From positions 1-43,071 of the IMG/VR virus record IMGVR_UViG_3300017446_000007: 43,071 nucleotides of DNA; one strand, 5' to 3'. The notes beneath the pieces are model-generated. The model worked only from the letters and a program-made list of their open reading frames with translations, made no database searches and was not told the origin of the DNA. Position numbers and translations under genes: made by a program. Below are positions 25,402-33,291 of this stretch, piece by piece (positions within the stretch are counted from its first letter, which is position 1; every line of letters begins with the position of its first letter). Origin of the DNA: a virus.

Positions 25402-25781
25402 TGGATATCGCCCGCGAGGTATGCCGTCGCGCTTGCCGTCTTCGTGAAACAGCCAGTGGACGAGAACACGACCACCACGCCATTATCGAACCGGAGCGGT
25501 GACCCGCGGAAGTTCAGATCCAGCCCGGTATTGGCCGCGATCGGGAGGCATCGAGCCGGGGTAACAGCACCATCAGCCGGCACCGTCGTGGCATCGAACA
25601 ACATCACATAGCCAGCCGATGCACCAGTGGTGATGCTCAGGCCGGCGAGGTTACTCGTGCCAGCGCGGAGTACGAAGCCAGCCGACACGGCGGTCGTCGC
25701 GCGGGTCTTCGACAGAGTTTGTGCCGACACGGGAGCGGCGAGACAGAATACGGCAAGCGCCGCCAGCAGGTAGCACTTCAT
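25398..25781 (-). CDS. Secreted hypothetical protein
   Basis: 127 aa from ATG 25781 (ATGA overlap). Sec signal MKCYLLAALAVFCLAAPVSA/QT shares AAPVSAQT with the DUF1996 protein. Confidence 0.6.
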   Translation of the reverse strand: MKCYLLAALAVFCLAAPVSAQTLSKTRATTAVSAGFVLRAGTSNLAGLSITTGASAGYVMLFDATTVPADGAVTPARCLPIAANTGLDLNFRGSPLRFDNGVVVVFSSTGCFTKTASATAYLAGDIQ

Positions 25782-26122
25782 GCCGCCTCTCCATGGAAGA
25801 TCGCCGCCACGTCCTTGTCGCGGCACAGCCGGTAGGTTTTGCCATCGGCACCCTCGATCAACGAGCCGGCATAGCGGCCGAACAGCACCACATCGCCCGG
25901 CTTGCCGCGATGATCGTCACCCTCGGCGAACGTCCACGCCAGCGGCGACTGCGCCACGATCCGCCCGCGCTGCGTCGCGACCTCATCCGTTTCGCGCTTG
26001 GCCTGCGGGATGTAGATGCCGCCGGCCGTGCGCTCCTCGGTCGCCTCAGGGGCGATCAGCACGTAGTATTCGACCGGACGCAGGCCGGGGTTGCAGTCAT
26101 TCAGGCTGGGGATCGTTCCCAT
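25778..26122 (-). CDS. GroES/Cpn10-like co-chaperonin
   Basis: 114 aa. LRPVEYYVLIAPE..EERTAGGIYIP...GRIVA...PGDVVLFGRYAG...DKDVAAI aligns by eye with the GroES pattern. Confidence 0.65.
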   Translation of the reverse strand: MGTIPSLNDCNPGLRPVEYYVLIAPEATEERTAGGIYIPQAKRETDEVATQRGRIVAQSPLAWTFAEGDDHRGKPGDVVLFGRYAGSLIEGADGKTYRLCRDKDVAAIFHGEAA

Positions 26123-26348
26123 GAGCGCTCATCCAATCTTCGTAGGTTGTGTCGGGGATGGCGCGGTACGCATCCGCGCGAGTGCGAAGCTCCGAGAGCA
26201 AAACCGGGTCAGGCGGCTCTCCGTTGTCGAAGGTGCGCGTGATCCACTCATCACGCTGCAAGCCGGCGAAGGAGGCCATCGCTCCCATAACCCAGCGCGT
26301 CACCGGGTCCGTTCTCCATGCCTGGAACTCCTCCTGCGAGGGGGTCAA
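26097..26348 (-). CDS. Hypothetical protein
   Basis: 83 aa. TTG start 5 nt after GGGAGG. Overlaps the last 98 nt of the portal gene out of frame. Confidence 0.5.
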   Translation of the reverse strand: MTPSQEEFQAWRTDPVTRWVMGAMASFAGLQRDEWITRTFDNGEPPDPVLLSELRTRADAYRAIPDTTYEDWMSAHGNDPQPE

Positions 26349-28332
26349 CGGCGCCTCCCATCATCATGCCGGCTTCCGCGGCTGTGCGGATGGCCTGCGC
26401 TTGGTCCTTCTGGGCCGAAGCGCTGTTGCGCTCGGTTTCGGATGCAGTCTTGGCCAGCTCGGCCTGGGCGCCAGCCGCGGCCATCGGGTCAGGCTGCGGG
26501 GGCGGCGCGAACAGCTCGTCCGCATCCTCGACATCAGCCGCCTCAAGCACGCGCTGGTGAACCTTGCGCTGGTCGTAGAGCGGGTTGTTTGCCGCCACGG
26601 ACATAACGAACTGCGCACGCGCCAGCTTCTGCATCCGCGTCACGCTGGTGGGGTCAGACACGGGCCGAATGTCGAAATCGGACGCGTTGAAATCCGCCTC
26701 GAAGTCGGCCGACTGATCGTCAAGCACCTCAAGGTAATCAGCCGCAGCCTTCTCGCCGCCGAAGCGCGAGATATTCGAGTAGAGGAGAGCAAACTCCTCA
26801 CGCAGCGAGCGATAGATGCGCTTGTAGATCGCGGTGAAGACCTGCAATCCCTGCTCGATCAACGCCAGCGTGGTGCCGACCTGCCCGTTGTTCGATGCTT
26901 CACCGGTGATGACATCCTTCACGCTGGAGATGTCGCGAGCCGCCGACAGCATCATGTCGAGAATGGACACCATCACCTGCGAAGGGCCGGGGAAGGTGCG
27001 CTCGTAAATGCCGTTTCGCAGCTGGTCACCGGTCGCGCCGTTGACGGTCTTGTACTCGCCCGGCGCGAAGCGCAGCGACGACGTGCGGCCCTGACCCTGC
27101 AACCGGATGCCGGAAGCGATAAACCCGCCCCCCGCTACCTGAGCATGACCCGCGTCAATGAGCTGGTTGATCGACGTGTTGACGACATCGCCGATTTGCT
27201 CAAGCAGATGCCCGAGCCCGATGTCGTAGAACTTGCCCTGTGGATGCGGGAAGAAGCTATACTTGATGTAGAACTGTTGGCGCTTGATCGACAGCACGTC
27301 GCCGTTGTCGTTCATGGCGACATCGCGCGGGCTGTAATTCGCCTCGATGCGCAGCACCTTCGCTGTCGAGTGGTCAACCGTGACGATGTACGGCTCTTGG
27401 ATGCCGTCACCATCCACGTCGATCAAGCGGTGTTGTTCCAAGAGCAGACGGGGCGATTGGTCGTCATCACCCTCAGGCAGCAATTCAGTGGTGCGGTATT
27501 CGCCTAGCCGCATCCGCTCTTGGATCTGATATGGGAAGACGTCCGGCACTTCTTCGGTGAGCCGCGGCGTCGTATCGCAGGACCGCGCGCCCGAAGGCAC
27601 GATGATGCGCAGGGCGGAGACGAGCGCGGCACGCTGCTCCTGCTTGGCCACATCGTACCAGACCTTGCGGAAAGCGCAGCCGTCGATCGGAAGCTGAAGC
27701 AACAGTGCGTCTGTGTCGCTCTCCCAATCTTCCATGCGGTAGAACAGGACGGTGTTGAGGTAGTCGCGCACGCGCTGAGCCCGAGCGGCCTTCGCGCCCG
27801 GCGGCACAGCCCACACCATCTGCGGCTGTCCGTCCGGCCCCATGATCGGACCCTGCGGCCCCATCATCGGCAAAGGGATCATACCTTGCGGCGTCTGGAT
27901 CATCACCGGCCGGCCCTTGTCGGCACCGACGACCTTAACGCTGACTGCCTCGTCGCCCTTCACGATCGCGGGATAGGCGCGAGCGTTGAACTGGGTCGCG
28001 GCCACCGTCAGCAACGGGTAGTGAACGTTGGACGCCCGGTTCCAGGGATAGTCCTTCTGCCCCTTGGCTTCCTGCGCCGCCGACCGCTGCGCCTTCTCGA
28101 CCACTCGCTTCCAGTCAGCGCGGTCGGCATCATCCTTCGTGTAGTCGGCAACCACGTCCGCTCCCAGCCGGGACAGATCACCTTCACTCCACGCCGCGGA
28201 GATGTCGCCTACACTGTTGGCCAGCGAGAGCAGCTTTTCGATCGCAGGCGGCTCCCCCAAAACGACATCGACCGGCTCGCCTGCGAAAGCGTCCGGTTCG
28301 ATCATCAGCGCGTCTTGGGGGAGCGTCGCCAT
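26251..28332 (-). CDS. Portal protein
   Basis: 693 aa, shortly downstream of the terminase genes. Size and position fit; family not verified. Confidence 0.7.
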   Translation of the reverse strand: MATLPQDALMIEPDAFAGEPVDVVLGEPPAIEKLLSLANSVGDISAAWSEGDLSRLGADVVADYTKDDADRADWKRVVEKAQRSAAQEAKGQKDYPWNRASNVHYPLLTVAATQFNARAYPAIVKGDEAVSVKVVGADKGRPVMIQTPQGMIPLPMMGPQGPIMGPDGQPQMVWAVPPGAKAARAQRVRDYLNTVLFYRMEDWESDTDALLLQLPIDGCAFRKVWYDVAKQEQRAALVSALRIIVPSGARSCDTTPRLTEEVPDVFPYQIQERMRLGEYRTTELLPEGDDDQSPRLLLEQHRLIDVDGDGIQEPYIVTVDHSTAKVLRIEANYSPRDVAMNDNGDVLSIKRQQFYIKYSFFPHPQGKFYDIGLGHLLEQIGDVVNTSINQLIDAGHAQVAGGGFIASGIRLQGQGRTSSLRFAPGEYKTVNGATGDQLRNGIYERTFPGPSQVMVSILDMMLSAARDISSVKDVITGEASNNGQVGTTLALIEQGLQVFTAIYKRIYRSLREEFALLYSNISRFGGEKAAADYLEVLDDQSADFEADFNASDFDIRPVSDPTSVTRMQKLARAQFVMSVAANNPLYDQRKVHQRVLEAADVEDADELFAPPPQPDPMAAAGAQAELAKTASETERNSASAQKDQAQAIRTAAEAGMMMGGAVDPLAGGVPGMENGPGDALGYGSDGLLRRLAA

Positions 28333-28339
28333 CAGGCGA

Positions 28340-28549
28340 TCACTCGTCGCCCTTGGCTTCGTCAGCCTTTTTCGGCTTGGCAGTGAAAGTGCCAGCGATC
28401 AGCGTACTGTCGCCAGTGGCCAGCGCTTCCTTGATCGCAGCCACGTCAGCTTCGAGCGCGTCGATACGATCGCCCTGCGTCGGAGCCTTCGCCTCAGGCT
28501 TCTTCTCGGTCGTCATGAACCCGTCTCCTGAATGGACGGGTTCGGACAT
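28340..28549 (-). CDS. Small acidic hypothetical protein
   Basis: 69-aa ORF between terminase and portal. Confidence 0.5.
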   Translation of the reverse strand: MSEPVHSGDGFMTTEKKPEAKAPTQGDRIDALEADVAAIKEALATGDSTLIAGTFTAKPKKADEAKGDE

Positions 28550-28570
28550 TAGGCAGGTTCGGCGGGGATA

Positions 28571-28579
28571 ATACTAGGC
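28571..28579 (-). promoter_or_regulatory. GCCTAGTAT motif copy 4
   Basis: Exact 9-mer in the 31-nt gap after the terminase stop, 22 nt upstream of ATG 28549. Confidence 0.5.
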
Positions 28580-28580
28580 G

Positions 28581-29315
28581 TTAGTACCCAGTGGTTTCGT
28601 AGCGATCAGACGGACGAGCCCGCTCATCGTCATACCGCTCCACCGGCTTTGTCATTGCACGACCCATGCCGGACATCACCAGATAGCGCTCAGCGTCCAT
28701 GAGGTGATCGCGCTCTTTGACGATCTTACCCTTCTCGTCTCGGCGATATAGTCGGCGCTCCGATCGCAGGTTTTGAAGCGTGGAGAACGCGCGGAGCCGG
28801 CGAGACTGTAAGCGACGATAGACCGCGAAGATGCCGGCCTCGACCTCATTATTGGCGAGATGCAGGTCGAGCCCCATCGTCGCGTACTCGTCCCGTAACG
28901 CCCGCCCGTCGACCTGACTGCGGCCCCGCGAGGCAGGATCGATTACCCCTGGGATCCAGTCGCCCCGTGCGCGGATCGCCTCGGCGTGGACCTGCGGAGG
29001 GGCCTCGCCGACGTAGTATTCGTCGTACTCGTAGATCGTATCTGTCTCGCGGTCCCAAGCGCCCCAAATGACAGCCGTGCGGTTCCATCCGACGTCAAGC
29101 GCATAGGCTCGTGGCCAGTATGCCGGGATCTGGAACGGCTCAACGATCCAGTCGTCTTCGCTCACCGGGTAGATCACCCCTGAGCCCAGCGCCGGTATGC
29201 CCTTGGATCGCGCATCGCGCTGGTGTGGGGGGATCGACGCCATCAACTCGGCTTTGTCGTTCGCCGAGAGATGGGGCACGTCGTCCCAATCGATCTGGAT
29301 GGACCACTTGCTCAC
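28581..29315 (-). CDS. Terminase large subunit, nuclease (C-terminal) part
   Basis: 244 aa. YALDVGWNRTAVIW...IYEYDEY...ERDHLMDAERY nuclease-domain signature. GTG start in a GTGA overlap. Confidence 0.8.
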   Translation of the reverse strand: MSKWSIQIDWDDVPHLSANDKAELMASIPPHQRDARSKGIPALGSGVIYPVSEDDWIVEPFQIPAYWPRAYALDVGWNRTAVIWGAWDRETDTIYEYDEYYVGEAPPQVHAEAIRARGDWIPGVIDPASRGRSQVDGRALRDEYATMGLDLHLANNEVEAGIFAVYRRLQSRRLRAFSTLQNLRSERRLYRRDEKGKIVKERDHLMDAERYLVMSGMGRAMTKPVERYDDERARPSDRYETTGY

Positions 29316-30004
29316 GCGACAGGTGCCAGATTAGGCAGAAACGACAGCGCAACGTCGGTCAGGCCAGACAGCGGTGTGAAGGTGGCGATCACCATGCCGC
29401 GCGTCGTCATCGTGCGGATCAGCGCCTCGGTGTAAATGTCCATTGGCGGCTCCTCGTCCAGCCAGATGCCGTCGCGCTCGGTGCCCTGCCACTTGGCGCG
29501 GCCCTGATCGTAGCTACGAAACTGGCACACGCTGTTGCCGCCGCTGACGTGTCGAACGGTGCCAATGTCGATCAGCCCCGGCACACCCGATGCCGTCGTC
29601 ATGCCGAGGATCGTGTCGCGCGGGATCATGCCGGTGCCGCGATCCTCCACCGGGCCGAACAGCTTCCGACAAGGCACGTCGCGTGTCGTGGTAGAGGTGT
29701 CGCCGCCGCACAGCCAGTTGGTCGGGTGGTCAAAGCGATAGCCTGGCCACCAGTCGGGATACAGCCCCGTCAGGTGCAAGGTGACCTCGTAGGCTCCGAT
29801 ACCCTCGCTCTTGCCGACGCGGTTGGCAGCGACCGCAGCGCGCTCACGGTGCTGGAGGCCAGCCGCGAAAAACTGCATATGCTTTCCGTACAGCTCGCGG
29901 CGCAACGGGCCTTCATCAGGGTAATAAGTCCATAGCCGGCGACCAGCTTGGCGGCGTTCCTTCTCTTCGAGCAACGCCAGCAATTCGAGCTTATCCGCGA
30001 TCAC
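29312..30004 (-). CDS. Terminase large subunit, ATPase (N-terminal) part
   Basis: 230 aa. Walker A AANRVGKSEG, Walker B GIWLDEEP, coupling motif ATFTP. Confidence 0.8.
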   Translation of the reverse strand: MIADKLELLALLEEKERRQAGRRLWTYYPDEGPLRRELYGKHMQFFAAGLQHRERAAVAANRVGKSEGIGAYEVTLHLTGLYPDWWPGYRFDHPTNWLCGGDTSTTTRDVPCRKLFGPVEDRGTGMIPRDTILGMTTASGVPGLIDIGTVRHVSGGNSVCQFRSYDQGRAKWQGTERDGIWLDEEPPMDIYTEALIRTMTTRGMVIATFTPLSGLTDVALSFLPNLAPVA

Positions 30005-30402
30005 CCCAGCGCCTTCAGCTTGGAAGCGATGCGGGCATCCAGCATGTCGTCGGATAGCTGCTGGATAGGCTGGTTGCCGGACGTCAGATCGACCTTATCG
30101 CCATAGCGTTTGGGGTGCAGCTTCGACAGATACCAACGCTCAGCGTCGAAGGCCAAGCGCCCCCGCTGCGGGTCAGTAGCCTCTTTGGCTGCCTCGACGG
30201 CACGATCAGCCCGAGCATCGAACCCTACCTCGCGTGCGCGCGCGATAGCGGCGGCAAACTCAGGGTCATCGTTCGCCCATCTCTCCACGGTGCGACGATC
30301 AGGCATTCGCTCATCACCGGAGATTGTGCGCAGACTGTCCCCGTCTTCTAAGCGCTCAAGGATTTCCTCTCGCACCTCGGGTCCAAAACGGCTCTCGATC
30401 AC
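30001..30402 (-). CDS. Terminase small subunit
   Basis: 133 aa. HTH-type N-terminus (SLRTISGDERMPDRRTVERWANDDPEF) and RWYLSKLHPKRYGDK motif. ATGA overlaps. Confidence 0.65.
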   Translation of the reverse strand: MIESRFGPEVREEILERLEDGDSLRTISGDERMPDRRTVERWANDDPEFAAAIARAREVGFDARADRAVEAAKEATDPQRGRLAFDAERWYLSKLHPKRYGDKVDLTSGNQPIQQLSDDMLDARIASKLKALG

Positions 30403-30677
30403 AAGTCTCGTCCCATCTTGATCTTCGTCGTGTCCGCCTCGCTGGGCAGGCCGAAGCGGATGCGTGGCGTGTTCCCGGAGCCCCGCCCGCCGCGGTACTC
30501 GCCGAGCGTCAGGAGCCCAGCCGCCTCGGCTTGCTTCACGTAGCGGCGCACCGTCCCGTCATGCTCGATACCTAGCTCATGCCGGATCATGGAATAACTA
30601 GGCGCGCGGCCTTGCTGAGCGACAACACGCTGGCAGAAGTCGACTACCTGGCTCATGCGAGAGACACGCGCTGCCAT
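30399..30677 (-). CDS. Winged-helix DNA-binding protein (LexA-N-terminal-like)
   Basis: 92 aa from ATG 30677, 5 nt after GGGGAG. GRAPSYSMIRHELGIEHDGTVRRYVKQAEAAGLL. Confidence 0.5.
   Translation of the reverse strand: MAARVSRMSQVVDFCQRVVAQQGRAPSYSMIRHELGIEHDGTVRRYVKQAEAAGLLTLGEYRGGRGSGNTPRIRFGLPSEADTTKIKMGRDL
30594..30603 (-). promoter_or_regulatory. GCCTAGTTAT variant of the motif
   Basis: One-base-insertion variant, 192 nt upstream of the small terminase ATG, inside a CDS. Confidence 0.3.
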
Positions 30678-30907
30678 TACAACTCCCCTAGGTTGCGTGC
30701 GTGTTGGATGGGATCGTAGACACCGGGCGCTGGCTGGTGCGATACGCGCCCACGTGGATAGTTGGGATTGCATGCAGCCACGCCACCAGCATTGAGCCAC
30801 GTCCACGACAGCGAAGCGGCGATCAGGAGGACGCCGGCAATCAGATGCTCGACCGCGAGCGATCCACCAGCAGCCGATAGCAACCATGCAGGAAGGTTAC
30901 GGCTCAC
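30677..30907 (-). CDS. Small membrane protein
   Basis: 76 aa. GTG start in a GTGA overlap. The stop shares one nt with the next ATG. Confidence 0.45.
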   Translation of the reverse strand: MSRNLPAWLLSAAGGSLAVEHLIAGVLLIAASLSWTWLNAGGVAACNPNYPRGRVSHQPAPGVYDPIQHARNLGEL

Positions 30908-31197
30908 TCTCCTTCTCCTATGAGAGGGATGAGCATGGCTTTGTGCATATCTCGGATCAGGTCGCCCAGTACTACAAGCCCATTGCTACCTTCTGGCCAA
31001 GCTTCAGCTGCCGCTTCCACCATCCCCTCATCCGGCTCTATCAGCGCTTGGATTGCGACGCGGGCTTTCTCCAACCACAAATCACGCAGGTAGCCGTCTT
31101 GGACTTCCCACGCGCCGTTATCAGGGAAATCGCGTGCGGTTCGCTCCCACATCGCCCGCGCCACACGCTCCAGCATCGGGTGGATTGGCTGGGTCAT
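30904..31197 (-). CDS. Hypothetical protein
   Basis: 97 aa, ATGA overlap. Confidence 0.55.
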   Translation of the reverse strand: MTQPIHPMLERVARAMWERTARDFPDNGAWEVQDGYLRDLWLEKARVAIQALIEPDEGMVEAAAEAWPEGSNGLVVLGDLIRDMHKAMLIPLIGEGE

Positions 31198-31481
31198 GCT
31201 GCCTCCCGCTTGCTAAGAATACGCCGCCCGAGCTGAGCCTTCTTCTCGCGGTGGCGAGCCTCTTTCATCTCTTGCGTTTCGGGCCAGTTGAGGAACTTGG
31301 CCGCATCCCAAACCCAGAAACGACGCACCATGACATCGTAGTCAGGCAGCGACAGATACGCTGCAAAGTCCGCATAGAGGATCGCGGTGCGCACTTGGTA
31401 AACCCAGTGGTTGCGCACAATCATCAAGCATAAGAAGCTGAAGAACGCCGCAAATACGGCTAAGCCTATGTATCCCATCAC
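31194..31481 (-). CDS. N-terminal-TM hypothetical protein
   Basis: 95 aa with GGAGG upstream. Confidence 0.55.
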   Translation of the reverse strand: MMGYIGLAVFAAFFSFLCLMIVRNHWVYQVRTAILYADFAAYLSLPDYDVMVRRFWVWDAAKFLNWPETQEMKEARHREKKAQLGRRILSKREAA

Positions 31482-31648
31482 TCACGCCCTCCAAAATCTG
31501 ACAACATCGCCGGGATGCTCAGCGCACCAGTCCCAAGGCTTCCATCGAAGCTGCTTGGCGAGGTATTGGCCTGTGGTGCCGTTGCGGAACTCGACGCCGA
31601 CAAGGGTGTCTTCTGGCCAGCGGGCTGGTGCGCGAACGGGGTTCTCAT
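31478..31648 (-). CDS. Micro-ORF, 56-aa Ser/Ala/Pro-rich
   Basis: Bridges the apparent 163-nt gap exactly, with an ATGA overlap at its start and a GTGA overlap at its end. Confidence 0.3.
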   Translation of the reverse strand: MRTPFAHQPAGQKTPLSASSSATAPQANTSPSSFDGSLGTGALSIPAMLSDFGGRE

Positions 31649-32277
31649 GCCGCGTCGCCACGATCGGCCTGCGCGACGTAAGGCTTGTAGGGTCCCTGAT
31701 AGAGCGCCCGGCTGACGAAGGCTCCGCTCTCTAACCGGCGCATATGGCCGCGCTCCACGGCGATCCGCAGCCAGTGTTCGGGAACGTCGCCGATCGGCTG
31801 GCCATCAGCGAGGTTCGCGAGCCATCGGTCGAACTGATTGCCGGTGTAATCCTGGCACAGTCGCAGCGCCGTTTCTTGTGCGCTGATCGGGGGGCGATAC
31901 TCGGCGATCAGGTCAAGGCACTGGCGCGGCGTTGGGAACCAGTCGAGCGTCATGCACGCCTTGCGGGCCATGAAGGCCAGCGCCTCGTTGCAGTAGCTGC
32001 CCAGCAGGTTGGCATAGACCGCGGTTCGCATCTTGCCGGTCAGGTCGTCCACGTTCTTCGACGGGAGCGCCGCGGCCATGAACGACAGGTGCTTGGCAAG
32101 TTGCTCCTGCGATGCGGCCGGGCGCGGCTGCACCGGGGTGTTCTGCGCCCACTCGCGGAGCGCGTTGCACTCAGTGTCGGTAGTCGGCAGCCGAATATCC
32201 GGACATTTCGTTGAGGGCGTTGAGGAAACCGTCTCGGGATTGCGGAGCCGTTCCACGATTGCGCTGAACTGGGTCAT
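31645..32277 (-). CDS. Hypothetical replication-module protein
   Basis: 210 aa. The first 107 nt overlap the initiator gene out of frame. Confidence 0.55.
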   Translation of the reverse strand: MTQFSAIVERLRNPETVSSTPSTKCPDIRLPTTDTECNALREWAQNTPVQPRPAASQEQLAKHLSFMAAALPSKNVDDLTGKMRTAVYANLLGSYCNEALAFMARKACMTLDWFPTPRQCLDLIAEYRPPISAQETALRLCQDYTGNQFDRWLANLADGQPIGDVPEHWLRIAVERGHMRRLESGAFVSRALYQGPYKPYVAQADRGDAA

Positions 32278-32920
32278 TTCGGAGATCCTTCGGGGCGAAG
32301 AGGCCCTGCCATGAGTTGAAAATCGAGTTGTTCAGCACCTCGCCCGGGGGGAACCCGCTCTCGGCAAACTCGCGCAACTTCTTGATCGCGAGGTCGCGGG
32401 CTTTCGGGGTCATGGGCTTGCCGATCCGGCGCCGCATTTCCTCGTAACCCTCCCATTCCGCTTCCGGGATGTCGCTTGGCGGAACGAAAGCGGGCGAAGC
32501 CGCGCGCTTCTTCGGAGAAGGCGTAGCCTTCGTAGAAGTGGTGGATACTGGCTGTTTGGGTGCCACTGTGACGGGGGTAGGCGTCACAGTGACGGGGGTG
32601 TCAGCCTGACGGGGCGTCACCGTGACGGGAGGGGTGTCACTGTGACGGGGGTGCACGGTATAAATCCGGCCTTTCCCGCTAATTTCTTCGCAGGTGATAT
32701 GCCCTGCATCACGGAGCGACTGCACGGCGCGCTGCACCGTCCGCTCCGACAGCTTGGTCTTGCCAGTCAGTCCGGCCGTGCCGTTGATCCCTGGCCAGCA
32801 TTGCGCTTTGTCATTCGCCATGATGGCGAGCGTGGTCAGGACGCTCTGCTCGGGCGCGGTGATACCAGCGACATTCATCGCTGCGCGGCAAAGGTCAAAG
32901 CCGGTCAGGGGGGCGGTCAC
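32171..32920 (-). CDS. Replication initiator (lambda O-like organisation, N-terminal wHTH)
   Basis: 249 aa. wHTH LSERTVQRAVQSLRDAGHI. Iteron array inside the gene encodes TPPVTVTPRQADTPVTVTPTPVTV. Confidence 0.65.
   Translation of the reverse strand: MTAPLTGFDLCRAAMNVAGITAPEQSVLTTLAIMANDKAQCWPGINGTAGLTGKTKLSERTVQRAVQSLRDAGHITCEEISGKGRIYTVHPRHSDTPPVTVTPRQADTPVTVTPTPVTVAPKQPVSTTSTKATPSPKKRAASPAFVPPSDIPEAEWEGYEEMRRRIGKPMTPKARDLAIKKLREFAESGFPPGEVLNNSIFNSWQGLFAPKDLRNDPVQRNRGTAPQSRDGFLNALNEMSGYSAADYRH
32568..32652. repeat. Iteron array / candidate origin of replication
   Basis: GTGACGGGGGT at 32568, 32589 and 32642, with degenerate copies near 32606 and 32622. Three GTCAC-N-GTGAC palindromes. Confidence 0.65.
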
Positions 32921-33288
32921 AGTGCCGTCTCCGCATGGTCAGGGGTGATGGTGACCTCAACACGCCCGCCCTTGACCGGCTCGCCACGAGCGATCGTGTA
33001 GGCAAAGCCGTAGTCATCAATTCCGATGGCCTCAGCGACGGCATCAATGCCGTGCTTGAAGCTGGCGAACATGTTGTCGAGGTCGCGGCGTCGGCGGTCA
33101 GGCGGGCAGAAGCGAAGAGTTAGGTGGGCGCGCTCGCCGTCGACCCGGCCCACGGCTGACGCACGACAGACAATCGCGCAGTCTGCCTTGTAGGCAGCGG
33201 CGGCTGTCTGCTTTATGCGCCACGCGCCAGGCGACCGCGCGTTAGGCAGCAGCTTGGACGAAGGCCATGGGAGGTCGACGCGTAGCAC
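32917..33288 (-). CDS. rusA: RusA-family Holliday junction resolvase
   Basis: 123 aa. LPWP...PPDRRRRDLDN...KGGRVEVTI matches E. coli RusA motifs. Confidence 0.85.
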   Translation of the reverse strand: MLRVDLPWPSSKLLPNARSPGAWRIKQTAAAAYKADCAIVCRASAVGRVDGERAHLTLRFCPPDRRRRDLDNMFASFKHGIDAVAEAIGIDDYGFAYTIARGEPVKGGRVEVTITPDHAETAL

Positions 33289-33291
33289 CGA

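Noticed and set aside
26149-27507. Long antisense ORFs opposite recognisable genes (for example 26149-27507 +, 27520-28386 +, 10136-10987 +, 20564-21337 +, 22542-23264 +, 37915-38580 -, 39720-40433 -, 2100-2801 -)
   Set aside because: These are typical high-GC shadow frames. They are Arg/Gly/His/Pro-rich, lack ribosome-binding sites, and are fully overlapped by genes with clear family signatures or operon coupling.
30678-30887. N-terminal 70 codons of track ORF 30399-30887
   Set aside because: This part is Trp/Arg/Cys-rich and non-protein-like. An internal ATG at 30677 with GGGGAG fits better, and another frame (30677-30907) is coupled at both ends.
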